Below are positions 45,948-63,408 of a DNA stretch of 64,000 bases, piece by piece. Under the pieces are notes generated by a model that worked only from the letters and a program-made list of their open reading frames with translations, did no database searches and was not told where the DNA came from. How positions within the stretch are numbered: the first letter of the stretch is position 1; the number at the start of each line of letters is the position of its first letter. This stretch comes from the human T2T-CHM13v2.0 reference genome, Homo sapiens: assembly GCF_009914755.1 (NCBI RefSeq), contig NC_060945.1; one strand, 5' to 3'. The position numbers and the translations under genes are program-made.

Positions 45948-46245
45948 AAAGACTTAACATCTTTAAACAATGACTACCTGCTTGAAATCAGCACAGTGTA
46001 CACAAATAAATAGGGATGTTATTAAATGAAGAGACAAGTATGAAGACAGACATGTAAAATGAAAATGGTAAACGTAGCAATAACACACACACACAAAAAA
46101 AAAGCACCTTAAAATTCCTTGAAGTCTACTACTAGTGTTGAAATTGACAGGAGAAAATAAGTGTTGCCGTGAGATTCTGAGCAAAATAGAGCTTTCTCTT
46201 TAAGTTTCAGATTTGGAAAGGTTTAACTGTCAAGCCCACTACTCA

Positions 46246-46657
<412 letters not shown>

Positions 46658-47483
46658 TCATTTAAACCAACAATCAAAAGCCTCTAACTGGAATGTATCT
46701 TTTTCATTATTTGGTTATGATATATTAATACCAGATCCTGGGGAAGCAACAATGAGAGATGCAGAAGCATTCCTGGCCCTGAAGAAGCTTACAGTCTACT
46801 GGGTAATACAGACGCTGAATGAACAATTACAAGTACAATACAGAAGGAGCTTATGTTTGGGAAGCTAACCTCTTAATGGAGGGATGGGATTTAGAATCTT
46901 TTTTACTGTTATCCTATATATTATTAAGAAGGCATGGAAAGCTTAAGAAACAATTACATTAAAGCAACATTTGAGACAAGGTAAAGCTGAGGGGGAAAAC
47001 CACAGCTTTTGCTTTGATAAAGATAACCTATATTCAAGTCCAAGACTTAAGGTACTCTCAAAAAGTAACTAAAACTTTATTTTTACTTAACCCTTTGTTT
47101 AGATACTTAAACCTGAAATTAAGCCAAAAAGCATAATATGAGACCCCAGAAAACTCACACCCCACTCAACCAACCCAGAGTTTTTACAATTTAAATGGGG
47201 CAAAAGATTTCAATAGCACCAACAGCTCAGGGAACATGTTAAACCTCTTGTCTTATATCCAGAAAATCAGAAAACTGGGCTAAACACGATGTATTTCAGA
47301 AGGTGTTTAAAATTATTTGCATGATTTAACCTCGCCAAAACAAGCTTGCTAGTTTAAAGACACCTTTATACCAATGCTTCACATCATCAGTGAAAACTGT
47401 TTATCAAGAGGGAGCAGTATGGAGTACAGAAACAGCATGAACCAAAATCTCACACTTAATCTTTTAACATTAATGGAATTTCA

Positions 47484-47820
<337 letters not shown>

Positions 47821-47929
47821 TCACAGCGATGGCATAAAGCACTGCTTTGTTTTAAAACTGCATGTGTGTTTTGTCTCCAAGACCTTAATCAACACCCTCA
47901 ATGACAGCATTCTTATAAATGATAGCCAA

Positions 47930-48664
<735 letters not shown>

Positions 48665-49124
48665 TCATGGCAGTTCCATCTCCTCAAGACTGAAGTGAAC
48701 GACACTGGTGGACTTCAAGTCTCTCGCAGGGAGACCAGGGCCCCAGTCCTGCAAAGGACTCCGCATCTGTGAAGCAAAGGCCTCCCCCATAAGTCCCACT
48801 ATATCTGCCCCCACCCATCCCTCCAAAGGACTGACAGATGCTCCCTTCCTTCCCACAGGCCCCAGAGCTCCTGCTATCCACAGGGGTTGAAAGTAGGAGA
48901 CAGAGGAGTCCACAGTGCCCTTCAGAATCCCCAAGACACACAGGGTACCTGCTGCACCCTGGGAGTGCAGTGAGCTTCCCCAAGGAGGGCTGACAGCTCG
49001 CCCAGACCAGCCCCAGAGCAGGGCCCAAGACACCCAAGGCACCACTATGCCAGTATCACGAGAAATGTTAAAACAACATTTGAAATGGGGTAAAGCTGGG
49101 GTATCATGATACATGCTATTTTTA

Positions 49125-49394
<270 letters not shown>

Positions 49395-51025
49395 TCATAT
49401 AAAATTGAGGGAACAGAGAGAGGAGAAAAAGGGAAGGGAAGATACCAGAAAGACTTAACTTGAGCATTCTCCCCTCACTACCAGCAAGTACTGAAGTGAC
49501 TAAAGATCATGACAAACATAAGAGAAAAAGAGAAATCTTCACTAACACTAGAAATTAGGAAAGGATGTAAACCCGAAAAAAAAAATTTAGGTATATTGTA
49601 GATAAAATATGATGGAAGACAACTAGCAATTACCCCTTCAAGGAAACAAAACACAGACTTATAGAAACATAAGAATCATACAAAACCCCAAAAATAGGCC
49701 CCACCACTACCCCCATGTTGGAGGAAGCTGAGGTATAGACCAGGAATTTCAACTGGAATCACAAGCCATCAATGAACACACTGAGAAGCCCAAGGGAAGC
49801 ATAGCTACACCAAACTGAAAGCCTTAAGTAGTCAGTTTCTTGCCAAGAGGAGTCTCCCTGATAGAAAGAGACTAGTCCTAGTCCTTAGCAAAATCAGAGT
49901 CAAAGAGGAAACTAGTTATAGAAAACTAGTCCCTGGTCCACTACTAGCTTCACCAAACAGAAATAATAATAAAAATAAAGGACTCTACTTGGGCCATCCT
50001 TGGCCCAACTTCAACCAACCACACACCTTTTCGTCTCTATCAAATACACAGGTAAACACATTACAAAAAGGTATTTATTAGAAAAAGAGCTTATTTATGA
50101 AAATTATAAAAGCATCTGTTTTAGATAAATAAAATTCAAGAAAAGTTGAATTAGAAGACAATGAATGAAAACACGGAAGGTAGAATAGTGGTTGCCAGGG
50201 ACATGAGGAAGGGTAAAGAAAAGAATCATTCTTTAATTGGTATAGAATTTCCGTTTTGCAAGATAAACAAGGTTCTGGAGACTGGCTGCACAACTATGTC
50301 AATGTACGTAACAGTACTGAACTGCATGCTTTAAATGGTTATATTTCTGTTATGTGTATTTTACCACAATTAAATTTGTTTAAAAAAAGATAATACATTA
50401 TGTTCTTAAAAAAATCATTCTAGCTCCTTATCATAATGAAGTAAAACAAGACAAGAAAGGAAGCAGAGAGTATGTGATAATGGTTTGAACCAAACAGTAC
50501 CAATTAAAAAAAAAAGAAAGATGATCTGAGTGATAGGAAGGAGAATTTTCTAGCCATGTTACGGATAGGTGGACAAGAGAGATTAAGGTCCAGTTTTCTG
50601 GATTGAGGATCTGTTGAGATGAAGGTGACGTGCACCAAGAACCAGAGGCTGACATTTTGGACCCAGGAAATCTGGATCTCAAAACTAACAAAAATTCAAC
50701 ACATGCAATAATAATGAATATACTGTGGTTTTACCACACATACTTTAGATACTAGTCTTTTTAAGTGCAACCAAGATTAAATTTATATTTTCAGTATGCA
50801 TGTTCAACAGTGCTGGGTCAACTGCTTAAAGTCAAAAAAAAAAAAAAAAAACTCCTGAAATACTCCTATAGGAACAGCTGTTGGATCTAGTTTTTGTCTC
50901 CTTTTAAGTGTATTAAAAACTGTTCCACAGTTGCAAATTCTTGCCTCTTGAATAAAATTCAAGTATGATTCCATCCAAGACTATGACTAAAATGCTTAAA
51001 AGACCACAACAATAAAAACAGATAC

Positions 51026-51120
51026 CTTGAACTTTCGCTGTAACTCTCACTTTTTCTGTCACTTCTCCATTCATCCTCTTCTGAAGAACCAGAACCTTCA
51101 CTCTGATCACAGGAAGTCTC
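51026..51120 (-). CDS. BRWD1: BRWD1 exon (95 nt) ETSCDQSEGSGSSEEDEWRSDRKSESYSESS
   Basis: aattag acceptor, AAG|gtatct donor, phase fits neighbours. Confidence 0.9.
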
Positions 51121-51409
51121 CTAATTTGTGAAGGGGGGAAAAAAATCTTGATCCCTGAAGTTAAACAACACATGTCCAGAAAAAAGCTGTACACAATCCT
51201 CCCCAGTAAGATTAAATCATCTAAGAAAAATGAACAGTAATCAGTAAATATATAATCAGATAAACTTAAAAAGCAAACTTCTTCACTACATCCCTTTCTT
51301 ATCAAAGCATAAGACAAAAAGAGAACATCCGTAAGATTTAACACTACCACCATTAGCAAAGAAAGTGATACAACAGGCCATTCTGAGTAAAGTTAATAAA
51401 AAGTCAATG

Positions 51410-52890
51410 TAAATGTTTTCCATTTTGGACTTTAGCTATTCTAATAGATGTATCTAATTGTTGTTCTAGTTTTCAATTCCCTGTGACATATTTTGGTAGC
51501 TTTTCATATGGTTATTTGTCATCTGTTTATCTTCTTTGGTGAGGTGTCTGTTAGATCTTCTGCCCATTTTTAAATTAGGCTGCCTTCTTATTGCTTGGTT
51601 TTAAGAGTTCTTTGTATATTGTGAATATAAGTCATTTATCAGATATAAGTTTTACTAATATTTTATCCTGGTTTGTGGCTTATCTTTTCATTCTTTTAAT
51701 AGTGTCTTTCCCAAAGCAGTTTTCATTTCAGTGTAGTCCAAATTTTTTATATTTTTTCTTTCATGATTGTGCTTTTGATATTGTATCTAAAAAGGTCAAT
51801 GCCACACTCATGGACACATAGATTTTGCCCTTTGTTATCTTCTAGAAGTTTTATGGTTTTTTTGTTTTACATTTACATTAAGCTTATGATTCATTTTGAG
51901 TTAATTTTTGTGAAAGACTGGTGTCTAAGATTTATTTTGTATGTGAATGTCCAGTTATTCTACCACTGGCTGAAAATGATAAATTTGTCCACCAAGTTCT
52001 CTTTGCTCCTTTGCCAAAGATCGTTTGAATATATTTGTGTCAGTCTGTTTCTGGGCTCTTTATGTTGTTCCATTGATCTGTTCTTTCACCAGCATCACTG
52101 TCTTGAAAACTGCAGATTTACAGTAAGTCTTAATGCCAAGTAGAGTGTCAGTCTTTCAGTTTTATTCTTCTTCAGTGTTGTGCTGGCTATACTGGATCTT
52201 CTTCCTCTCTATATAAACTCGAAAAATCAGTTTGTCAGTAAAATTAATTTGCTGGGATTTTGTTTGGGATTGTGAATCTACAGATGATGCTGGAAAGAAT
52301 TTTTTAACAAGGGTGTGGATCAGCAGGAACTCTCATTCATTACTGATAGGAATGCAAAATGGTACAGCTACTTTGGAAGACAGTTTAGCAGTTTCTTATA
52401 AAACTAAACATAATAAGATCCAGCAATCACACTTGATGTTTACCCAAATGAGGTGAAAAATTATGTCCGCACAAAAACCTACACCCAGATGTTTATACCA
52501 ACTTTATAATGGCCAAATCTTGGAAGCAACCAACACATCCTTCAGTAGGTAAACTGATAAAACTATGGTATATCCAGACAATGAAATATTATTCTGTGCT
52601 AAAAAAAACAAACAAACAAACAAAAAAATCAAGCCATGAGAAGGCATGTAGGAAATGTAAATGCATATTAATAAATGAACGAAGCCAATCTGCAAAGGCT
52701 ACTAGCTATATGATTCCAATTACATGGCATTCTACAAAGATAAAACTATGAAGACAAAAAATCAGTGATTGTCAGGGGCTGTTGGGAAGAGAAAGATGAA
52801 CAGATGGAGCACAGAGGATTTTTAGGGCAGTAAAATCATTCTGTGTGATATTATAATGGTGGATACATGTCATTATAAATTTGTTAAAAA
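51410..52890. mobile_element. Old L1 fragments: minus-strand ORF2 (about 51410-52290) joined to a plus-strand 3' piece (about 52300-52890)
   Basis: ttctgcccatttttaaatt, ttctagaagttttatgg; then ggaatgcaaaatggtacagctactttggaagacag. Confidence 0.75.
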
Positions 52891-53060
52891 ATTAACTGGG
52901 CATGGTAGCACATGCCTGTAGTCCTAGCTACTCAAGAGTCAGAAGCTGGGAAATCACTTGAGCCTAGGAGTTCGAGGTTGCAGTGAGCTATGATTGCACC
53001 ACTGCACTCCAGCCTGGGCCATAGGGCAAGACCCTGTCCCTAAGAAAAAGAAAAAATCAA
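52885..53060 (+). mobile_element. Alu right monomer (FRAM/AluJ)
   Basis: aaaattaactgggcatggtagcacatgcctgtagtcc... Confidence 0.85.
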
Positions 53061-53421
53061 ATAAATATATCCCCAAATGACACTTCCAGCAGTACAAAAA
53101 TACGTATACAAAATATTATTCACTGTAGCATTATTTATAATGTAAACATTGGAAACAACCTAACTGCCCATAACCAGGAGAACGATTCAATAAACTGTTT
53201 CAATCATGCCATAAAGTACTACATAACTCTTAAAACAAATAAGGATCATATGGAGTGATCTCAAAGATATTTTAAGTGAAAAATGTCAAGTGTGGGACTA
53301 TCTGTAGTATGCTGTATTTTGTATAAGAAGGATAAATAACTTTTGAAATATTTGTACTAAATACAATTTGGTTAACGACAAAAAAAGAACAGTAAGTAAA
53401 TAACTAAACTCTACATACTAG

Positions 53422-53710
<289 letters not shown>

Positions 53711-53718
53711 TAAGTTTA

Positions 53719-54117
<399 letters not shown>

Positions 54118-54207
54118 TCATTAAAATCAGAATAATGTGAAGTCGTGCATAACAATGACAGATATACAGACAAAAAAATACATGTGTCTGCATATAATAT
54201 GTATACA

Positions 54208-55600
54208 CAGGCATACTTTTTATCGTGCTTTACTTTATTGTGCTTCACAGTTGTGTTTTTTACAAATTGAAGTTTTGTGACAACCCTGAACCCAGTAAAT
54301 TTATTGGTGCCATTTTTAAACAGCATGAGCTCATTCTTGTCTCTATGTCACATTTTAGTAATTACCATATTTCAAACTTTTTCATTTTTATTGTATCTGT
54401 TACTGTGATTTGTGATTAATGATCTTTGATGTTACTATTCTAATTGTTTTGGGGGCACTAGGAACAATACTCATATAAGATAGCACACTTAATGAATACC
54501 ATGTGTGTTCTGACTGCTCCAGTCTATTCCCTGAGATACAATATTGCAATTAGACCTACTAATAACCATACAATAGCTTCTAAGTATTCAAAAATGAAAG
54601 AGTCACACATATCTTACTTTAACTCGCAATGTAGAAATGATTAAGCTTAGTAAGGAAAGCATGGTGAAAGCCAACACAGGCTAAAAGCTAGGCCTCTTGC
54701 ACCAAGTAGCCAAGTTGTGAATGCAAAGGAAAAGTTCTTCCAAGAAATATAAAATGCTATTCCAGTGAACACACAAATGGTAAGAAAGCAAAATAGCCAT
54801 ACGGCTAATATAGAGAAAGTTTTGGTGTCTGGATAGAGGGTCAAACCAGCAATAACATTCCCTTAAGCCAAAGCTTAACCCAGAGCAAGGCCCTAACTCT
54901 CTTTAACTCTATGAAGGCTGAGAGGTGACAAAGCTGCAGAAGAAAAGATGGAAACTTGCAGAGGTTGGTTCATGAGGTTTAGGGAAAGAAGGCATGTCCA
55001 TAACATAAAAGTGTAAGGTGAAGCAGCAAGTGCTTTAATGGAGAACCTGCAGCAAGTGATCCAGAAGATCTAGCTAAGATAATCAAGGAAAGTGGCTACA
55101 ATAACAGATTTTAAATGCAGATGAAATAAATAGCCTTCTATTGGAAGAGGATGACATCTAAGACTTTCACAGCTAGAGGGACTTATGGCTTCAAAGCTTC
55201 TAGGACAGGCTCACTCTCTTGTTAGGGCTAATGCAGCTGGTAACTTTCAACTGAAGCCACTGTTCATTTTTACCTTTTCAAAAATCTCAGGCCCCTTAAG
55301 AATTATGTTAAATCTGCTCTGCCTGAGCATAAGAAATGGAACAACAAAGCCTAGGTGACAGCACATCTATTTACAGCATCATTTACAGCATGGTTTACCA
55401 GATATTGTAAGCCCACTGTTCAGACCTACTGAGCAGAAAAAGAAGACTCCTTTCCAAATATTACTGCTTGTGGACAATAGACCTAGCCATCCAAGACCTC
55501 TGATGGGCACATCAAAGGAGATTAATGTTGTTTTCATGCCTGCTAACACCACATCCATTCTGCAGCCCATGGATCAAGGAGTAAATCCAACAATCAAGAC
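54208..55600 (+). mobile_element. Tigger1 DNA transposon, 5' part with decayed transposase
   Basis: caggcatac...ttttttacaaattgaag terminus; ttaagcttagtaaggaaagcatg, gatgaaa..gccttctattggaag, ctgcagcccatggatcaaggagt. Confidence 0.88.
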
Positions 55601-55983
55601 TGTAATTTTACCATAGAGAAACCTGCAAACACCACCACCTTAGGAAGTGATCAAAGCACGTATCACCAGTAGTGGGACAAAACAAATCATGTGCTTTCTG
55701 ATGTGATGCACTGAGAAGAACAGTATATTTTCTGTCATATTACTGCCAAAAATGCATGACCCTAATCATCAAAATTACCAGTCATAAATCATCAAAAAAT
55801 ATCAACATTAAAACAAAAATCAAGGAACTAGACTAGATTCAGGTTACTAAACAGACACAACAAAATGTAACACGTGATCCAGGATTTTATTTTGCTATGA
55901 AAATTATCAGGACCATTGACTGGTAAAATTTGAGTAAGATCTGCAGATCTGATAATGACATTATATTGTTGTTTACTGCCTCA

Positions 55984-56287
55984 TTTTTTGTTTTTTTGAC
56001 ACAGTGTCTCACTGTGTCACCCAGGCTAGAGTTACACTGGCGCAACCAAGGCTCATTGCAGCCTCAACCTCCTAGGCTCAAGTGATTATCCTGCCTCAGA
56101 TTCCAGAGAAGCTGGGACTACAGGTGTGTCACCACACCCAGCTAATTTTTTTTTTCTCATTTTTTTGTGGAGGAGGGCTTGCCCCGTATTGCCCAGGCTG
56201 GTCTCGAACTCCTGGGCTCAAGCCATCCTCCCACCTCAGTCTCCCAAAGTGCTGAGAATTACAGGCATGAGACACTGCACCCAGCCT
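55984..56287 (-). mobile_element. AluJ
   Basis: Alu consensus. Confidence 0.9.
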
Positions 56288-56608
56288 GATTTTGATAATT
56301 ATATCACTTGTTTTTGAAAATACACAAGGAAATATGTAGATATCAAGAGGCATATGTACAACTCACTCTCAAAAGGATTAAAACATATTCATACATACAG
56401 GAGAGTGATAACAGTCAGGGTGGTAAACACAAAGGAATTTTTATTATTCTTAGAACTTTCATGTCTGAAATTACATCAAAATAAAAAATTTACACCTGAC
56501 AGATAGGAGGCATTCAATAAATTTTTTTTTAAGTTTAATTTCCCCAAATCCTCAAGTGAACTGATGCTTCGGTAAGGCAGGGTTTCTGCTCTGAGATCAT
56601 GCTGCTAA

Positions 56609-56898
56609 CTTTTTTTTTTCTTTTTTTGAGATCTGTCGCCCAGGCTGGAGTGCAGTGGCGCGATCTCGGCTCACTGCAAGTTCTGCCTCCTGGGTTCAAT
56701 GCCATTCTCCTGCCTCAGCCTCCCTAGCAGCTGGGACTACAGGTGCCCACCACCATGCCTGGCTAATTTTTTGTATTTTTAGTAGAGATGGGGTTTCACC
56801 GTGTTACCCAGGATGGTCTTGATCTCCTGCCCTCGTGATCCACCCACCTCGGCCTCCCAGAGTGCTGGGATTACAGGCATGAGCCACTGCACCCGGCC
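56609..56898 (-). mobile_element. AluY-like
   Basis: Alu consensus; TSD catgctgctaactttt. Confidence 0.95.
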
Positions 56899-57619
56899 CA
56901 TGCTGCTAACTTTTTATATAAATGTGGGAAAGTTACTGAACCTCCATATCTGTACCTCAGTTTCCTCATTTTTAAGAGATTATAAGAGTGCCTGAATTCC
57001 TACTTGTTGGAATGATGAAATTAGATAACGTGTAAACCATTTAGAATAGTGCCTCCCAGGCATAATAAAATGCATTAATGTTTAGCCCTTTTATAGCACT
57101 TTTTACATATTGATTGTATGATTTTGTATATCCTTGACAGTAATTAATGTATTTCCACATCAATAATGATAATGCCACTACATACCACCCTAGCCTTTCT
57201 AGAATGACCTTACGTAACAGTTTTCCCAAAGGAAACCATCCCATGTCTACTGTGTTGGGCAAATTCAAGGTACTTGAGGCGGAGAGGTTGGAACAGAGCT
57301 GCATGGTAAAATAGTTATTTCCAGACTAGGATACTACACCTTCCTCCCAAAGGCAAAGTCTATATATAACCCTTTATTCCAAACCATGATACAACCTGAC
57401 TATCCAATTGCTTAAGTCATACAATGTAAGTTACATATAGAAACTTTGGAAGAAATATATATATATATATATATGCAGAAAAAGAAAAGAGAAAAAGGTC
57501 AACCAGCATAAAAATGACAGATAATAAAATAATTATTTCCTATTATATCCTGGGGGACAGAGCAAGACCCCATCTCAAAAAAAAAAGAATGTAAAAACAT
57601 TCTCATTACATAATATAAT

Positions 57620-57785
57620 AGTTTAGCCAGGCAGGGTGGCTGGTGCCTGTTAATCCCAGCTACTTGGGAGGCTGAAGGAGGAGGACAGCTTGAGCCCAGG
57701 AGTTTGAGGCTACAGTGAGCCATGACTGCACCATGCACTACAGCCTATGCAACAGAGCAAGACCCTGTCTCAAAAAAATAAAAAC
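57620..57785 (+). mobile_element. Alu right monomer (a separate Alu 3' stub lies at about 57547-57585)
   Basis: ttagccaggcagggtggc...gagcaagaccctgtctcaaaa. Confidence 0.85.
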
Positions 57786-58117
57786 AGTTTAAACAGATGG
57801 TTTTAATCATAATCGTAGCTAACATTATTGTGTATTAGGCACTATTTAAACACATTGCATTACTGATTAAATTAATTCTCACCACACCTCTGAGGTACAT
57901 GTTACCACGCCTCTGAAGTACATATTACATAGGCAGAGGCACAGAAAAGCTAAGCAACATGACAAAGTAAAAGAATTTGGATTTAAACTCAAACCCCATG
58001 CTTAATTATTAACCTACTGCATCATAAGACAATTAAATGAACTTTTCAGTCATATCTAATACTTCATTCCTCAAAACATTACTCAATCAGGAAATTTTAA
58101 CACTGTAGTATTAAATA

Positions 58118-58430
<313 letters not shown>

Positions 58431-58499
58431 ATTAAATACTCTTTACCAAAAAAGTTGGTTTCTCCCTCAAACAAATCAAAATGAAGACAAATAGCTTAC

Positions 58500-59805
<1,306 letters not shown>

Positions 59806-59808
59806 CTA

Positions 59809-60025
59809 CAGGTTATATACCCCTTATCCAGAACGCTGGGGAATAGAATTGTTTCAGATTTCGTATTTTTCCAGATTTTGGAAAATTTGCATTTGCACTT
59901 ACAGGTTGAGCATGCCAAATCCAAAAATCCAAAATCTGAAATGCACACTAGAACATCATGTTTATATACAGAAAGTTTCAGATTTTGGTGCATTTCAAAA
60001 TTCTGAGTTGGGATGCTCAACATGT
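59809..60025. mobile_element. Tigger4/Zombi (MER46)-like element
   Basis: ta-caggtt...ccttatcc, caggttgagcat..aatccaaaaatccaaaatctgaaatgc, ends gatgctcaacatg-ta. Confidence 0.8.
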
Positions 60026-60229
60026 AAAACCACTGGATTGCACAAGTATACAGTATGTGACTATCTTAGCCATTAAAAGTTTTTGTTAACATTCAAAATG
60101 TGAAATTTCATATTAATCTCTGCAGAATGCTGTGTTTTCATATAAATTTGGGGTATATTCATTCAAAGTAAAGAATTAAGCCAAATTCATTTAAGATTAT
60201 CTTATAACATTTTAAAGTTTTCCACTCAC

Positions 60230-60361
60230 ATGTCTTACAGAGCTTGAAGACTCATTTCCAGAAGATAACTCACGCCAGCTACGATTTCTTCTACCATAAT
60301 TTGGATATTTACGCCTACATGTCCTTTGTCTAGACTGTGATACCAAAACCACTGAATCCGA
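60230..60361 (-). CDS. BRWD1: BRWD1 exon (132 nt) [22 protein letters not shown]...SSVRH
   Basis: tttcag acceptor, CAT|gtgagt donor, 44 codons. Confidence 0.9.
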
Positions 60362-60754
60362 CTGAAACACAGAAAAACATGCGAATGAAAATCAACACCT
60401 AAATAAGGACAATATCAACAAAATGGGCATTCCGTCAAGTTTCCAGAAGGATTTAAAGCAAAAAGAAAAAAAGGCTTAAAAAGAAGGTAACATTTTTGCC
60501 ATACAGTTTTAACTCAAGCTTAGTAGTTTTACTTTTAAGGTCCTTAGAAAACATGAGAAAATGCACATTAGATGGGCATTTTCCAAACTATGCTGTAAGT
60601 TAACTGGTTTACCACGAATGAGGGAAAATAACAATAATCTGAAAAGGATGTCACCTTAAAAGTATACATCTCAGAAATGAAAAATACATATTCGTACATT
60701 ATGATGCAGTAAGCAACTTCTCAAGGAATGTCTCACTATCTCTATACATAGGTG

Positions 60755-61880
60755 TAAAGAAAAAATGTTCAACATACTAATCATTAGAGAAATGCAAATC
60801 AAAACCACAATGAGATACCATCTCACACTAGTCAGAATGGCTATTATTAAAAAGTCAAGGCCAGACGCGGGGGCTTACACCTGTAATTCCAGCACTTTGG
60901 GAGGACAAGGCAGGCAGATCACTTGAGCCCAGGAGTTCGAGACCAACCCAGGCAACATGGAGAAACCTGCCCCTAAAAAACAACAAAAACAAGAACAAAC
61001 AAACAAAAAACGAAAAATTAGCTGGGCATGGTGGTACACAGCTACAGTCCCAGCTACTAGGGAGGCTGAGGGGGGAGGATCACTCAAGCCCAGGAGGTTG
61101 ACGCTGCAGTGAGTGAGCCATGATTGCACCACAACACTCCAGCCTGGGCAAGAGTGAGACCCTATCTCCCAAAAAAAAAAAAAAAAAAAAAAAACAAAAA
61201 AAAACACTGGGGGGTGGAGGGCATCAAAAAATAGCAGATGCTGGTGAAGTTGCAGAGAAAAGAGAATGGTTATACACTGCTAGTGAAACTGTAACTTAAT
61301 TCAACCACTGTGGAAAGCAGTTTGATGATCCCTCAAAGAACTTAAAACAGAATTACCATTCCACCGAATAATCCCATTACTGGGTATATACCCAAAGGAA
61401 AAGAACTCATTCTACCATAACGACATATATACACCTATGTTCACTGCAGCACTATTCACAATAGTATAAGACATGGAATCAGCCTAAATGCCCATCAATG
61501 GTAGACTGGATAAAGAAAATATGGTATATATAAACTATGGAATACTACCCAGCCATAAAAAAAAAACGAGATCATGTCCTTTGCAGCAACATGGGTGAAG
61601 CTGGAGGCCACTATCCCAAGTGAACTAACATCAGAATAGAAAACCAAGTACCACATATTCTAACTTACAAGTGAGAGCCAAGCATTGAGTACAGAAGGGA
61701 ACAACAGACATCAGAACCTACCTGAGGGCACAACGTGGAAAAAGGGTGAGGACCGGGAAACTACCTATCAAGTACAATGCTTATTATCTGGGTAACAAAA
61801 TAATCCATACACCAAAACCCTATGACTCGCAATTTACCTATATAACAAACTTGCACATATACCCCTGAAGCTAAAAGTTT
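60755..61880 (+). mobile_element. L1MA/PB 3' fragment interrupted by an AluJ (60858-61205)
   Basis: gaaatgcaaatcaaaaccacaatgagataccatctcacac, atcatgtcctttgcagcaacatgg, ataacaaacttgcacatatacccctgaa. Confidence 0.9.
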
Positions 61881-62434
61881 TCTTTTTAATGTTCAAATAT
61901 TAACTGTAAGTATGTGTATTTTCAGGTTTTTAATGTTTACATAATTTGTTGTCTGTGCTTTTCAGTTCTGAATGTTTTAAATATATTTTTATCAAAACAG
62001 AATAATCATTCAAAATCAGCCAAATAAAGTAACTATATTGGTTTTAGTTTTTTTAAAAGGCATGCCATTCCCCAACCACAAAAGCAGATGAGATTACCCA
62101 ATGAGAGCACATATTCCTTACATTTATGCACAAATCAATTTTCACATGAGTGGCCATCTGTCTAATGAGCACTGGTCAGTTTTAGAATTTCAACATTATC
62201 ACTGGATGATCTTAAAATGAACTGAATGTTCCTTAATTTGTCAGTACTGATTTTGGCAAAAACTCGTATTAATGAGTTTCACGAGTGATAATAGGTTAAC
62301 ATGTAGGTGGGCCAAACTTTCACTAAGAAAAACTAGAAAATCTGGTAAAACATATTTTTTAACAAATCTGTTTAAAGGCACTTTATGCCTTAAAAGGTTA
62401 TGAAGAATCACAGAACCAAGATCAAAAAAAGAAG

Positions 62435-62436
<2 letters not shown>

Positions 62437-62476
<40 letters not shown>
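62437..62476. repeat. (GT)n microsatellite followed by a short (AC)n run
   Basis: About 20 GT units, then tatacacacacac. Confidence 0.97.
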
Positions 62477-62479
<3 letters not shown>

Positions 62480-63314
62480 CACACACACATAGATATATAT
62501 ATATTTTAACCCTAGAATTTCATTCTGGAAGAGGAAGCTGGAAGGTTTAGCAAGTAAGCAAAATCACAGACTAACTCATGAGTTAGGCTAATAAACTTGC
62601 AATTCATGGCCTCCTATATGTAGGGGACTCCCTCGGGCTTTGGCTGTTAGCCCAAAAGGCTACAGCCTAGACCTGTAGGTAAACTACAGATAGAACAGTA
62701 ATCCCAAGGAACTAAGGCCCATTCTTGTTCGGATAAGGCAATAAGGCTTGAGAGTGGCCCCAGAAGGCTGCCAGAAGTCAATGTAAATCGTCTCTGGGAA
62801 TAAAGCCATCCTGTGCTTCAAATCTTTTCTAACATTTAACAATCAAAAAAGAAACAAAAATATGATGATAAAAAAGGAGAAAAATCAACAGGCAATAGAA
62901 AATGGTCCACAGGGAAGCAAGACATTGAAAAAAATGAAATTACCAGACCTGTTTTTAAAATAGCTATGGCTGCTTTCCAAGTAATTAAAACAATGAGAAT
63001 TTTAGTAGAAAACTGAGAGCCCTTAAAAAAAAAAAAGAAGAACCAAATGACAATTCAGAATCAAATAATTTAGTAACTAAAATTAAGAACTCAATACCAT
63101 TGTTAGGCACTAGGCAATTTTTCTCAAGTTTTCAAACTACTCCTTTCTAACAGCTATATAACCTTAAGTCTACTATTTTAAATCTCAAACAGAAAACCTT
63201 AAGCAAGAAATACTCCACTTCAGATGAAAGTTACTGATAGTTTTATAAATCAAAAAGAAAACTCTATATTTCAATGTAATTTCTAATTTGCTAAGAAAAC
63301 AGAATTTAGGTTAC

Positions 63315-63408
63315 CTTATGTGAGAGCTGAAGAGTCTTTCTTTTTCTTCCTATTATATAAAGATTTCTTTCCTCTTCACCTTTCTCTAATCGGAAGTCTT
63401 CCAGCTTC
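63315..63408 (-). CDS. BRWD1: BRWD1 exon (94 nt) [31 protein letters not shown]
   Basis: ttgtag acceptor, AAG|gtaacc donor, open frame, joins next exon in phase 0. Confidence 0.9.

Noticed and set aside
48665-49114. Overlapping 117-149 aa ORFs in the GC-rich block
   Set aside because: Expected from low stop-codon density in GC-rich sequence; no recognisable protein
54208-55600. Domesticated Tigger transposase gene
   Set aside because: No long ORF on the sense strand; multiple stops and frameshifts; element is truncated
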